From positions 434,001-498,000 of the forward strand of contig NC_089430.1 in assembly GCF_026210795.1 (NCBI RefSeq): 64,000 bases of DNA, read 5' to 3'. Each line of letters begins with the position of its first letter. Positions within the stretch are counted from its first letter, which is position 1. This DNA is from Rhizophagus irregularis. Taxonomy: Eukaryota. Shown here piece by piece: positions 1-13,177 of this stretch. The position numbers and the translations under genes are program-made. The notes beneath the pieces are model-generated. The model was not told the origin of the DNA. It made no database searches and saw nothing but the letters and a program-made list of their open reading frames with translations.

Positions 1-660
1 GCATTAACAACGGTGTCTGAACAATAACACAATTATTGGATGGATGTAAAAAATAATACAGTACTTTGTGCGCACACGCTGCTGTTTAGCGGTTGGTATA
101 TTTTTTGGCGAGTTTTTTGTATTTTACTGAAGATTATCATTATATTGTAGAAGTAAGTGGCTTAGTTAAGTTTGTAATTAAATTTAGTTTACAAATAATA
201 AATTAGAAAACTGACTTTAATTGGTAACCGCTTTATTTTTTTTTCACCAATTTTTGGGTTTTTTTTTTGTTTCAAATTTCTGTTTCGTTGCACAAAAAGA
301 TCAGCCAATCAAAAATGAATACCAGAATGAACAGGACTAATAAAGAATATCGTTTATTAACTTGATAAGTTAGGAACAAAAAAAAGTTCGTACATTAATT
401 AATTAAATTTTTTTTTTCTTTTTTAGTGATTGTTGAAATATTTTAATTTTAATATATCATATATATATTTTTTTATAAGAATTTTAAGTAAAGGTGACGT
501 TAAAAAATGTTTTTAAGGTGCATAAGTATAATAAATTCACAAGTTAATAAATCACATTTTTTGACATCATAATTTTTGATATTTTATGTAATATTAATTC
601 TTTATAATATTTTGTTAAAATATACACCATTAATTTTTTTTATTATGACAATACTTTATT

Positions 661-791
661 GTCCGAAACCATAACTTCTAAGCATTTTCAAATGCAATGT
701 CGTTCTATTCCGCATGCTTATCGACCAATTAGATTTTGTATTTAATTTACGTTTGCCCTGTCATAACGTTAACCCCAGTTATGCTTCGGAC
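661..791. repeat. Short imperfect inverted repeat (possible MITE remnant)
   Basis: gtccgaaaccataact at 661 pairs with agttatgcttcggac ending at 791; no TSD identified. Confidence 0.3.
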
Positions 792-1059
792 CTGAACGAT
801 TTGCGTTCCCTAGTTCATATAGTAGTTCATAATATTAATATCATAGTAAATTGGAAAATTTAAATCATAAAATTGATTTTATTCGTAAAAAGCTATTTGT
901 TCAATTACAAACTGATTTTATTTATGCGAAGGAAAGTTCACACATACTCTATAATCGGTGTTGAACGAATCAATATAATAGAGCTTTTAAATGTTCTTTA
1001 ACGACAAATGTTTTTAAATATAACTATTTGCATCTTTTTCAATAATAAATAGAGTAATA

Positions 1060-4000
1060 TTATATTTCACATTCTAAACATTCAGAATATTTCGGAAGAT
1101 CATTTGTATAGGAATTAAGTAGTTGTGATGTATAAACAGCTTGTGGATGAGTGGGTGATTGTCTTCTTTCCTCTAAAAGTATGGTATTTGATTCTTTGTA
1201 CTCTTCCGCTTTTTTAAATTGCTTTTCAATATCATAATGTTGTTGGTTTTTTTCTTCGGTTAACAAATGTGAATTTGGTACATATGATTCATGAAATAAA
1301 TGAATCGATTCTGCTATTTCAGTTGCTTTTGGTCTATTATCTGGATTTAAATTCCAACACTTCTTCATTAAGTCTACATAACATTCTGGTACTTCTAGTT
1401 CATTCATTTTAGGTCTAATTCCCTCACAGATATCCAATGCTAGATTTTCATCATGTGCACAATAGGAAAAAGGCTGTCTGCTAGTTGCTATAAAATACAT
1501 AATCATACCAAAACTATATATATCTGCTGCTTGAGTGTAAGGTCGTCCTCTCAACACTTCAGGTGCTACATAAGGCATAACTCCATAAATATTTTCTTCA
1601 TCCGTATTATCAACTCTTTCACATAATCCCATATCTGCTATACACATTGAACTATAATCTTCTAAAAAAGCATACATTGATAATATATTTCCTGTATGAA
1701 AATCACGATGAACCATTTGTCTTTCATGAATTTCTTCAAGACCCTTTATAATACATATTAATATTTCTATATTATGTGACCAGTTAAGATTTTTATAATG
1801 TTTATTTATCCAGTTATATAAACTTCCGCCTTCTGCATAATCAAGAACCATAATATAATTATTTGTATCAGGATTTTGAGATATTCCGTATATTGAAAGA
1901 ATTCTATCAGATTCATTAATAGAATATCCTTTAATCTATTAAAATACACTAATTAATTATTAATATATTTGAATGATTTAACTTGAATAAAATATTTCAT
2001 ACCTCATTTAAAAATCCAATAGTAATATTTTGTGAACCATATAATTGTTTTAAAGCAATTTGTTTCGGAGTTCTTATATATTCATATTTATTATAAGATA
2101 ATGGTCCTTTATTCCATATTGCTGAATATATTGTGGCAAACCCACCTTTACCTATTTCTTTAATATTATTAAACTGGTTATATGGTATCCATTCAAATAT
2201 TGTATCACCCGGATCATTAAGGTTTAATTGTATATCTTGTATTAAATTATCAATTTGTATATTTCCACTAGTCCAATTTGTAAAATTATTTCTTAAATCA
2301 TTTATTTGACATGATTTACACCATTTAAAATTTGTATTTGTATATTCATTATCACATTTTTCACAATAATATTTATTTTCATAAACCAAAATATAATCTT
2401 TCGTAATAGGATCTTGAGATATTCCATATTTTTTACCAATCGAATATTCTTCAACCTATTAATATATTCAAAAATTATAATTATAATAATATAAACTATA
2501 TTATATACTCAAAATAAGTTTATAGAAAAAATTACCTCATCAGTGATATTTTGTGAATACTTTAAAGTAACTTTTAATTTTAGTCTTCTCACATTTTCTT
2601 TACTATAAAGATCATCATAATATAAAAAGTCATTCTTCCATATTGCTAAATGTATTTTATTAGTCAAATCATCATTTACTTTTTTAATATCATAAAATTG
2701 ATCGTATGGTATCCATTCAAATATTATATCCCATTTACTATTAATATTCAATTGCATATTTTGAATCAAATTATCAATTTGTCATTTTTACTGGTCCAGT
2801 TTTTAAAATTTAATTTTAGATTATCTAATTGACATTTTCTACACCATTCAACTCTAATATTATTTTCTTTATATTCTTCACCACACCTTTCACAACATAA
2901 TTTATATTTAAAAACAATAATATAATATTTTATATCTTGAATTTGAGAAATTCCATATACTCGATTATCATCATCTGATAGATATTTTTCAACCTATAAA
3001 GTAAAAAAAAAAATAAATGAATTACATCATTATTTCAAAATATAATTAATATATATACTGTATATGAAAATTTTCATACCTCATTTAGGAATTCATCAGT
3101 ATTTTGTAAGTAATATAATTTCAAAGAAACTTTTTTATTTGATTCTCTCGTCCATTTCTTTTCAGAATAAAGTAATGGACCATCTTCCCATATTGCAGAA
3201 TATATCGTAGCAAGATTATTATTGTTTATCTCTTTAATATTATTAAACTGATTGTGTGGTATAAACTCAAGCATCGTGTCATAAAGATCATTAATTTCCA
3301 ATTGCATTTCTTGAATAAAATCATCAATTTTTTCATTTCCACTGGTACAATTAATAAAAAAATTTTTCAAACAATTTATGTAACACGATCTACACCAAGC
3401 ATAATCTGTAATATCACCACATTTTTCGCATATTTCACTATATTCATTTTGAAGAACTATAATATAATCTTTGGTATATATATTTTGTGATATACCATAA
3501 ATTTTACCACGATATTTATTTATATCTTCTTTAATCTATTGGGATAAAAAAATAATTATTATTAAATTAATAAGTAAATCAAATTAGATATCTTATACCT
3601 CAATTAAAAATTCATCAACAATATTTTGGGAGTCATACGATTTTAGAGTAACCATAGTATTTTGCTTATTTCTTGTAAATTCATTTCTTATTTTATCATA
3701 ATGTAATGGTCCATCTTTCCATATTGTCGAATATATTTTATCATTACCTTCTTCACTTATTTCTTTAATATTATTAAACTGATTGTATGGTATCCATTCA
3801 AATATAATATCATTCACTTTATTAATTTCTAGTTGTATTTCTTGAATTAAACTATCAATTTCTTCATTTTCACTGGTCCAGTTTGTAAAATTTTGTCTTA
3901 AACCATTTGTTTGACATGATTTGCACCACTCATAATTTGCATCAAATCTATTTTTATATAGATCGTTACATTTTTTACAATATATACATGGAAAAACCAT

Positions 4001-5083
4001 AACGTAGTCTTCCGTATCTGGATTTTTTGATATTCCATATATATTAAGATGTTCATCAACTTTAATCTATTAAATCAACAAAAAAATTAATAAAGAACTA
4101 TAATTACAAATAAACTTATATCTAAAAAATTCATACCTTGTTTAGAAATCCAATAATATTTTGTGAATTATAAAGATATTTTAAGGCAACCATTTTATTT
4201 GACTTTCTTATCCATTCCCTATCGTTATAACATAATGGACCATCCTTCCATGTTGCATAATACATTATACTATCAAAATCATCATTATCCATTTCTTGGA
4301 TATTACTTAATTGATCATATGATATCCATTCAAATACTATTTCTGATTCATAATTAATTTTTGATTGCATTTCTTGAAATAAATTATCAATTATTTCATT
4401 CTCACTTCTGGTCAAATTATTTTTAAAATAATTTATTTGACAAGATTCACACCATTCTTCAATTATATTTGTATACTTTTTACCACATTTTTCACAATAT
4501 ATATCCTGAAAAACAATGATATAATCTTTTGTATTTGGACATTGAGATATTCCATACATTCTAAGAACTTCACCAATATAAGATATTGAATATTTTTTAC
4601 CCTAATAAATTTTACAAAAAAAAAATATTATTATTATTAAAACCACGAAGGATAATTTTATAAATAAATTACCTGATCAGTAAAAAATTCGTTAACGATA
4701 TTTTGTAAATTATATAATTTTAAAGAAACTTTTGTATTTTTCTGATTTCTTGTATATTCATATTCATATTTATCATAATCTAATGGTCCATCTTTCCATA
4801 TTGCTGAATATACTTTATCAAAACCTTCTTCGCTTATTTCTTTAATATCATTAAATTGATCGTATGGTATCCATTCAAATATTATATCATCCAATTCATT
4901 AATTTCTAATTGTATTTCTTGAATTAAATTATCAATTACTTCATTATCACTGATCCAATTAGTAAAATTATTTTTTAAATTACTAATTTGACATGATTTA
5001 CACCATTTATACTTTGCTTCATATTTGTTCTTATATATTTCGTCACATTTTTTACACTGATCGCAGTTGTCTTGATATGACAT
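1060..5083 (-). CDS. TKL protein kinase with six tandem Zn-knuckle/N-lobe modules; 7 exons; one frameshift in exon 5
   Basis: Exons approx. 5083-4673, 4601-4137, 4066-3599, 3535-3080, 2993-2536, 2455-2003, 1935-1060, joined by phase-0 GT-AG introns. Modules follow the consensus CxxC..WCxxC..WTSxN..FEWIPY..IWKDGP..LK. Last exon has HRDFHTGN, DMG, GVMPYVAPE, DIYSFG. A 1-nt deficit at ~2778-2780 (GAC AAA TTG ATA ATT TGA instead of DKIDNLIQ) breaks the frame. Confidence 0.85.
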
Positions 5084-5584
5084 TTATAAAAAATTATTAA
5101 TTAAATGTTGGAAAATAAATGCAGAACTTTTTTTACGAAGAAAGAAGAAAAGGAAAAGGAAAAAGAAAAAAATAGAAAATGGCAAACAAAGTTTTGTAAC
5201 ATGTGCAGCTATTAAGTAATACAAATAAACCATGTTTATTTTAGTCTAAACTGTTTCCGTCAATGATCAGCAATAAATACATATGACCTGCGGCTTAAAC
5301 TCGCTTCAAAATAAATATTATCATAAAAATATTTATTTTATTGAAATCGCATCATGTCCACAAATTTATCAATAAATTATTCGCTAAAATGTCTGTAAAA
5401 AATTGTATATATATTTGAGAAAATACTAAAGTATGTATTGTTTGTGATGTCATTTATTTTATTTTAATTATTTAATTTTATTTTGCAGAGTTAAATTTCT
5501 AGTTGTGTTGGATGGGTAAGTGGATTATTTATTTATATTGTCGTACTTCTGATTGGTTCTCGAAACTTTTTTGTTATATATCGA

Positions 5585-5705
5585 TAAGGATTAAGTAACC
5601 GAGATGTGTATATAGCTTATGTGTGAGTAGTTTAATTGGTCATTTTTAATTGATAAAAGATTTTCTTTTCTATATTCTTGTGTCTCATTAAATTGCTTTT
5701 CAATT
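5585..5705 (-). pseudogene. Kinase C-terminal tail fragment (AIYTSRLLNP-like)
   Basis: Close DNA similarity to the 3' ends of the kinases at ~23385-23500 and ~42775-42890; no upstream domain. Confidence 0.7.
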
Positions 5706-6748
5706 CAACTTTCAGATAATCAATTAGTTTGTTCAATCCTCTTTTAGACAATATTTTATTTTTATTTTTAAAATGTAGACAATGACGGGAGCCTTACAAG
5801 TTTGTGGGCTGAGTTCTTACAAAAGGAAACTATTGCTAACACTGTACCCATAAAAACCCAACCTCCTCAAAAAAGGAATTGTACTGCTTATTATTGAAAA
5901 TTACAACACTAGGCATTACCAGCATTGTACGCGAGCATTGAGCGAGAAAAGTGAAAAAAAACAAAAAAGAGAAATTTTAACTAATCTATCAACCGTATTT
6001 TTCTTTCGTCTAACGATGCCGCACGTAAATACTGTTAGGTGCGGAATGAAGGTCCGATATTGTCCGACGGCGGCGGACACGTACGAGTTATCACTGAGTG
6101 CTGTATGAGAGTCATTATCTGGTGGAGGTGTTCGTCGTAAAAAGATGGACGAGTCATTGATGATGGATCGATCCTTGTCTGATATGATGAAGAACGCGTC
6201 AGCGTTCGCTTTTTCGGTGACATCTTCGACAATCATAGGAGGTATTCTTTTCCGTAATTGATGTAGTTGGAATGCACGGGCATAGCCGTAATTATATTGT
6301 TTGAACTGACGTTAAAACATCGCCTAACTTTGTAATCAAAAAGTTTATTTTGTGATGCTGATCTTACTTAGTTGGAGAGAAGATAATTTAAAAAAAAATC
6401 TACACTCTATCACTTGTAACGCATCCGTAGTTCTATAGTGACGTACTCCAACAAATCGAAGATATTACTTATTAGATATGAAAAATAAAACCTATAATAC
6501 ACCGACTGAAATAAAATAATAATAAAATTAAAGGCGAAACTTTTATTATTTCTTTTTACAGTCTGTTAAACATAATATATGACGCATCCTAGACCATATA
6601 ATGCAATATCATTCGAAAAATAATTGAGAGAAACTTAAGCCAATAAAATAATTATTTTATTTATTATGTATCAAAAATAATAAAAAAAAAAGAATTGTGT
6701 GTGTGGACAGGGTAAATTTTTACATTTGCTACATGGTATTGAATAAAT

Positions 6749-7656
6749 CTATTCCTTACAATAAAAACAAGTAGTAATTTCGACGGTAATACTACGGACG
6801 TATCCATCGGGATCTATAAAAATAAATATAATAATTAATCAACTATTTGGTACTACTGATATATTGATAATTCAATGTAAAGTAACATACGAGAACCCTC
6901 AGAAAGGTCATGTTTTGAACTTTGATGACCTAATGTATAAGTAATACCGGAAAATGCTCCTTCAGAGGTCTATTAATTACAATAATACAATAATACTTTA
7001 CATTAGTATATTTATAAAACTATTACAAGATGTAAAAGGAATAAAGCATACCGTAATTTTCCCTAAAGACCAACGAACGATCTTTGATTTAGTATCATAT
7101 TCGAAAGCCACAGATTGACCAGTGGCAAATGACGTATCTCCTGGAATAACAGATTTTAAAGCTCCATTATGACGATTACCAACTGTAGGTAAATTAATAA
7201 AATCGATCATTAGAATATCACAAAGATTAATATATATTAAATAAGATTTTCATACATTTATCCAATGCGGAACTTGATGTTACAGCCACGATTGAGCTTA
7301 CATTAAAAGAAGAAAAATCTTCAAGACGGTTAACAAGAAATGTCTCGCCCTTACCTAACAAGGAGTTCTAGTTTAATTAGACGTGCGACGGCGCGAGTAT
7401 CACGTGGACAACGTAAAGTCAATAACCAAAGACATACAAATCTTCCAAGTAGAGTCACTTGCATCATACTTATAGTCTAATACTCCGATTCCGTATAAGG
7501 CGAATTTGAAGACATTCCCTTCCGGAACTTTGACAGATTCTGGAATTTCTCCTAGATTAGGGAATTCTATATTTCATAAAAATATTGTGTTAAATGTGGG
7601 GATCAAACTTTAATATTATATATTACTGACTTACCGGCGTTAGCTCCAATTTGCAT
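6749..7656 (-). CDS. Small six-exon protein, DUF3455-like (divergent)
   Basis: Manual splicing gives MQIGANA/EFPNLGEIPESVKVPEGNVFKFALYGIGVLDYKYDASDSTWKI/CKGETFLVNRLEDF.../FGNRHNGALKSVIPGDTSFATGQSVAF...VRWSLGKIT/TSEGAFSGITYTLG.../HPDGYVRSITVEITTCFYCKE*, with canonical GT-AG introns in frame. The VPEGN..F..YG.G and W....G.FS.ITY motifs recall DUF3455 (from memory, not a search). Confidence 0.6.
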
Positions 7657-7983
7657 TTTTATTAGGGGGGAGAGGGTTAAAAATAATTTACAAAATTTTT
7701 TTTACTATTAAATATGAGGGAGGAAAAAGTAAAAAAAAAAAATAAATCCAAAAATTAGATTTATACGGTGAGGGGAATATTATATAAAATTTTTTTGATA
7801 AATTTGTGTTTATTTTTGGTGTCATCTAAATTTAAAATTTTTGAGGGGAATTTAACGTTAGTCAGCGCTATTGCGTTTGTGAATTTAAGTACAAAGTCTC
7901 ACAAATACATCAACTGACCACTTTGTGTGAAAATAATAAAGATTGATGGTCGATCGAAAAATTTTGCGATCGGATCAGCCATC

Positions 7984-8081
7984 CCGCCCCGCTTCTAAAA
8001 ATAGATTTTAAGTCTACTGTTTTTCACGGTCACGGGTTGGGACGGGTTTAATTAGTAAAATCTATTTCTAGAAGCGGGCGG
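7984..8081. repeat. ~26-bp inverted repeat, MITE-like hairpin
   Basis: ccgccccgcttctaaaaatagatttta ... taaaatctatttctagaagcgggcgg. Confidence 0.6.
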
Positions 8082-9807
8082 AATAACTATTGAATAACTA
8101 TTAAATCAATATTTGTTACATATACGAAAATATAAAATATACAAATAAGCAAGGCGGATTTGCCCGAAATTCCGAAATGGAAATGGGCGTGATGATCAGA
8201 ATGTCGATCGTTTTGGCATCAATTGGCTATCCCTAAAATTGAAATGATCGACATATTGTTTCGGCCGGAATTATGAATTCGGCTAAAATTATGAATTAAC
8301 TTCGGCAGAATTTCGGATTTCGGATTATTCAACTCAATTTCGGGGCCCATCCTTAATACCAACAAAATTTTAATTCTTTTATGATAGTCGTTAGAATTGA
8401 GGTTTATTCTGCGCAGATGTATCATTTAATGAGGCATTAACAGCATTATTTACTATGGTTCTTTATTCTTTGGAGATCCAAGGCTCTTCTTCTGTAACCT
8501 GAAAATAATAGAAGAAGCGGTTATGGGAAGTCAGCGAGAAAGTCATGGACTTTTTGGTATAATTCAGTGGACATTTTTTATAAAAAACTTGGTGTTAGAA
8601 AATCGTGAAAGAACAAGAAATATCCTAGCAAGTGAAGTATTACCTATATTGCCTTTTAAATGTTCTCCATTTGTGTCTTTCTAAACTTGCAATACGGACT
8701 ATTACGTCAAAGTTGTCAAAGTTTGGTGTTCGAGAATAACGGCATGTGGAATGTGCGTTGGAGATCTTGACATTTATAAAGGCGTTGGGGACAATGCATA
8801 TACGGACTTTTTTTATTTCACTCGTACTTCTCGATTGCCCAACTTTCTCATATATTCGAAGCTGGAAAAAATTTGGGAAGTCTCAATGAAGGCCCATTGC
8901 AAAAATAGTCATAGATCGAAGTAAATGCACATTTCAATAGTCATTATTCTGCTAAAGAGAAAAAAATTGAAATATTCTTATGTGATATTAATCTTAGATT
9001 TACTCTTTTTCTTCTTTCGAGGACTATTACAAGAATTGTATCCAGTCTTACTACAGGTAGAACATTTGTGTTGCGTCTTTTATGGCTTTTTTTATGGCTT
9101 TAGCGATGCACCTTTAACTGCTTTTTTTTAAGTTTCTTATTATTTACACATTTGAGTCACAGATGATTTGCGGTTTATCATTTATATATCTTAGAAAAAT
9201 GCTTATTTTCAAAGATTTTCTGAGACACTGTCACACAAATATCTTGGTATAAATTCTTAAATTGAATGCATTATGATTAAATTTTATTTATAAGCATTTT
9301 ATACTACAAAGCCAAGACTAATACTCTTGAAGGAAGAAATTAGAAATTAAGTAGTGAGAAGTCTCACATTCTTTTACGTTTAAAAAAATAAGAAATAAAA
9401 ATCAGACTATCATTTTATTATACCTTATATAACGACATATTTTTTTTTAATTTATAACTTTATTTAACGGATGTTGTTTGACGTCTACATTGTTATAAAT
9501 TACATAGCGTAAATATTACAATATTAATAAAGTATCTATCTACTAAATAGAACCACCTATCTCTAAATACATAGTAAACTAAATAAATCCTACATAAAAG
9601 AAAATGTTAGTTTCTCCAGATTGAACTGTGTTATCGGTTCGATACAGTTATCTCGATTAAAACCATAAATTATACCCTGTTATAAACCTATAATTTGTCA
9701 ACCTATAATAGAATCTAACCATCCTTATTGTTATTAACGTTGATCTCTAATCTAAATCTAAATCTACGTCCGCATGCGTCATCGTATAACGATATATCAA
9801 TTTTTTT

Positions 9808-9988
9808 TGTGCATGGAATTGTGCATTGTGCATGGAATAGAGTTTTTGTGCACAGAAATGCACACTATTAATTTAAATTGTGCACTATGAAATTTTTTTG
9901 TGTGCACACGTGCACATCCAATTTAGAAAATTGCATACTAAAAAACTTATGCACACGTGCACGTTGTGCACATGAATTTTATACACTG
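9808..9988. repeat. Cluster of TGTGCA(C) motifs ending in ...tatacactg; probable DNA-transposon subterminal region
   Basis: Many TGTGCA/TGCACA motifs in both orientations. The reverse complement begins CAGTG, as in hAT-like termini. No partner end found. Confidence 0.45.
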
Positions 9989-11911
9989 TAAGTGAGTGAG
10001 TGAAATATATATTATGTATTAAGAAATTTTTGCAACAATGAGGATTGATGATATATACTAATAAAGGCGTTTAATAATAATATTAATGATGATGATGATG
10101 ATAATAAAATATTTATATTATCTTTTTCAGTCAGAGAGAATTTTAATATAATTATATAGTAATGGCTCTCAATAATGTATAGTTACACAATTTAGGGTTA
10201 GTATCAATATTAGGTTATGATAATTTTGGTATAACGCGATTATGTAAAAAAAATTAAATTTTTTTTTTATAAATTTTCACATGATTATAAAGGTAATAAC
10301 ACATGAAATAAATATTTAATACAATTCTAATATTTTTAAACAAATTTAAACTAGTTTCTGGTAATATTGAATTTGAAGACTCTGAAGAATTTGAAGAAAG
10401 TAGTATTAAGGAATCTAAAGGTATATTAAACATGCTAAAATATTACAAATATTTAAATACTTATGATTTCATTCATATTTTAAAATCATGCAGTTGGAAA
10501 TATATGATTCACTCACATTAAAATAATGTAAAATAAGATACGTCCAATGTATTATATTAAGTTAGATTTTACAATTTAATATTCCAAGATTAGTTTATAT
10601 CTTTAGCTTATTTATGGCAGCAGCAAAATATATTACTAGAAATGGAAACGGTTAAAATCTGTCATTCATAACTAAAGGACCAATAGTTATGCATATGATT
10701 TAGTTCAACAAAAATACTAAAGAAAATTATGGTTAACCTTTTTTAGTAATGATAATAGTAGTAATACTGATCATGACGGATAATGTAAATAGCAAATAAA
10801 AGTTTTAGCAAATCTATTACAATTATATAAAAATGCGATACATAGAAGATACAGTAGTAAAAATTAATCAATTTCAAACCATCATGTTAAGATAACTAAC
10901 TACACATCTATTCCTAATAATTATGTAAAATTCGGAATGTTTGTGATTATATTCATCAATAATTTCTTCCATTTTATTTAATAAATGTAATAGCATCATA
11001 ATTCATGGATCAATTCGGTTTGTTTTCTTTTAGTAATTATTCAAATTATGTAGCATCTCAAATATGTATATTTTATTATTAAATTAATCAATGATTTTAT
11101 ATTCCTAGGAAACGAAAAAAATTATATAAGAATTAGTATAAGATTTTCATATACCCGCATTCGTGTAAGAACTCTTTAATTACCTAACCAAATTCTATCA
11201 CCTGCAAGAGCGATTTTAACCTTCACCCGGGGTCTAGGTTAAGCTTCCTCCACCTGCAAACATGCTAATTAATTAATCTCTTAAAATAAACAAATAATAT
11301 TAAAAGAGTAATGTAAAATAAAAAAAAAAATTCCTGTAATATTGGTTAAAATATTGGCTATATATAATATTTGTAATTTTAGTTTATATCCATTTTCAAT
11401 ATACTGTGTAATTAATCAATTGATTCTTATTGAAAAAAATGTAAGTTCTTAATAATGTTTGTTTGATCAAAAAACTTTGAAGTAAAAATATTTCAAGTTT
11501 GTGTATACAATTTTAAAATAGTTTGAAAGCCTTTTGGTGAATTTTATAATTTAAATTATATAAATTATATAAGCTAGGACATTATTGTAAATCCTTTGCT
11601 GAAGAGGAGCGGTAAAACATTATACTCATATGTTGTACGCGATCACATGAAATTTTGCATCACTATTATATGTAATTAATTTCAAATTTTCCATAGATCA
11701 GATGGCTGATTAACGTATTGATGTTAATTCATCTTTTTTTTCTTTTTTTAAATCAAAGGTCATATAACATGAAATTGCCCAATTTAGTATTATGACGTTG
11801 TACAAATTTATTTTTTCGGTATAAATAATATTTATTTTCGCTTCTTTTTTTGTTCATATTTTCTATTATTTTTACATATATTTGTAATAATTCATCAAAT
11901 AACTCATTAGA

Positions 11912-12995
11912 ATGGAAAGAATTTAAACTCAGTGATTATATAATTGAAAAATAAAAGATTTTTACTGGATATAACTGAAGAACAAGAATCGTTAATAGAT
12001 GAAATAATATCAAATGAAGAATTAAAAACCTATTATATAAGGTATGGCTTATGAAAAATTATAGTTTGCGTATTAAGTTGTTTTCAACGAAATTTTAAAA
12101 GTTAGACTAGTGGAAATCATGAGGTTGATATGAATTACTAATTTGAAAAGCATAATTAAAAGCTAAAAATAGTTATCAAACGATAGAGTGGATTGAATAT
12201 TATGAACTACAAATTTGAAAATGTTGAATATTTGGCAGTAGTACGATTTGAAACTGTTTTAAAGCAATTTGGAAAGATGAACCTATTTCGGGATGGTATT
12301 GTAACAATAATCAATGGGAAAGAAATAGTAGTGAACCCAAATTTTCCTCTAGAATGTTTATATAACTCAAAGCATCACAGCTCAAATTTTAATGAGGCAA
12401 GATATTTTTTCATTAATTTTATTTTATTATTAATATTGGTCTTTATAAATGTTAGCTTAGTTATTGATTTTCTTTTAAGGTTGAATTAAATAATGTAGCA
12501 CGTGAAACTTATTTGAATTGGTAATTCATTATTTTTGAATTACTAAAGATCCAGTAATCAAAAATTTTATGATGGTAAGAACTAAGGTATATTTTTTAAA
12601 TAATAATTTTATTTCACAGACTTGGAAACGAAAGTTGCGTAGTCTGCAAGGTATTGCAAATGATCTTAAAAAATATTCATAATTGTGGATTAATTCATCG
12701 TGATTTCATTATGGAAATATATTTAGCGATTTCTCATAATACCGATTTGGGATTATGTAAATCAGCCAATGTAAAGACTTCTCAAGATTGTAATTAAAAA
12801 GTATAGAGAGTATTACCTTGCACAGCACCTGAAGAGGAAACTAATATGCCTCAAGAAAATGATATTTATGGATTTGAAATTATTGCATATGAAATTTGTA
12901 CAGCAATCATGATAAGAACACATGATGAATTCTTGGTCATAAAAATTTGTTGAGGATTAGTAAGAGTAGCATCTAATTATGAATACCTCAATTTA
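11912..12995 (+). pseudogene. Heavily decayed TKL kinase, inverted paralogue of 14414-16133
   Basis: Start atggaaagaatttaaactcagt mirrors MEEFKLS. Remnants of IEWIEY, FENVEYLA, LIHRDFH, DLGLC, APE, DIYGF with many stops and frameshifts; truncated near 13000. Confidence 0.85.
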
Positions 12996-13088
12996 ATTGG
13001 CTTGCATATATTTTCTGAGTATAAATAATGAAATCAAAAAGCAATTTATAGAAATAACTGAAATTAATAAAAACTATCATCATTTCTT

Positions 13089-13177
13089 TTGATTGTGCGA
13101 TATAGGTGAACCACGTCAAAATGTCAATCAACACTTGGCGTCGACGCGCGTTAATTATCAACTGACGCAAATCGACA
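13089..13177. repeat. Dispersed repeat, related to 41701-41934
   Basis: ttgattgtgcgatataggtg..cgtcaaaatgtcaatcaacac matches the reverse complement of 41701-41750; ttatcaactgacgcaaatcgaca matches ~41912-41934. Confidence 0.6.

Noticed and set aside
5916..6300. GC-richer island with a 106-aa ORF
   Set aside because: No recognisable motif in any frame; probably a decayed gene or TE piece, cannot be assigned
8690..8900. ITACGMCVGDLDIYKG resembling a Zn-alcohol dehydrogenase motif
   Set aside because: Short match, no GHE motif, flanked by stops; likely chance
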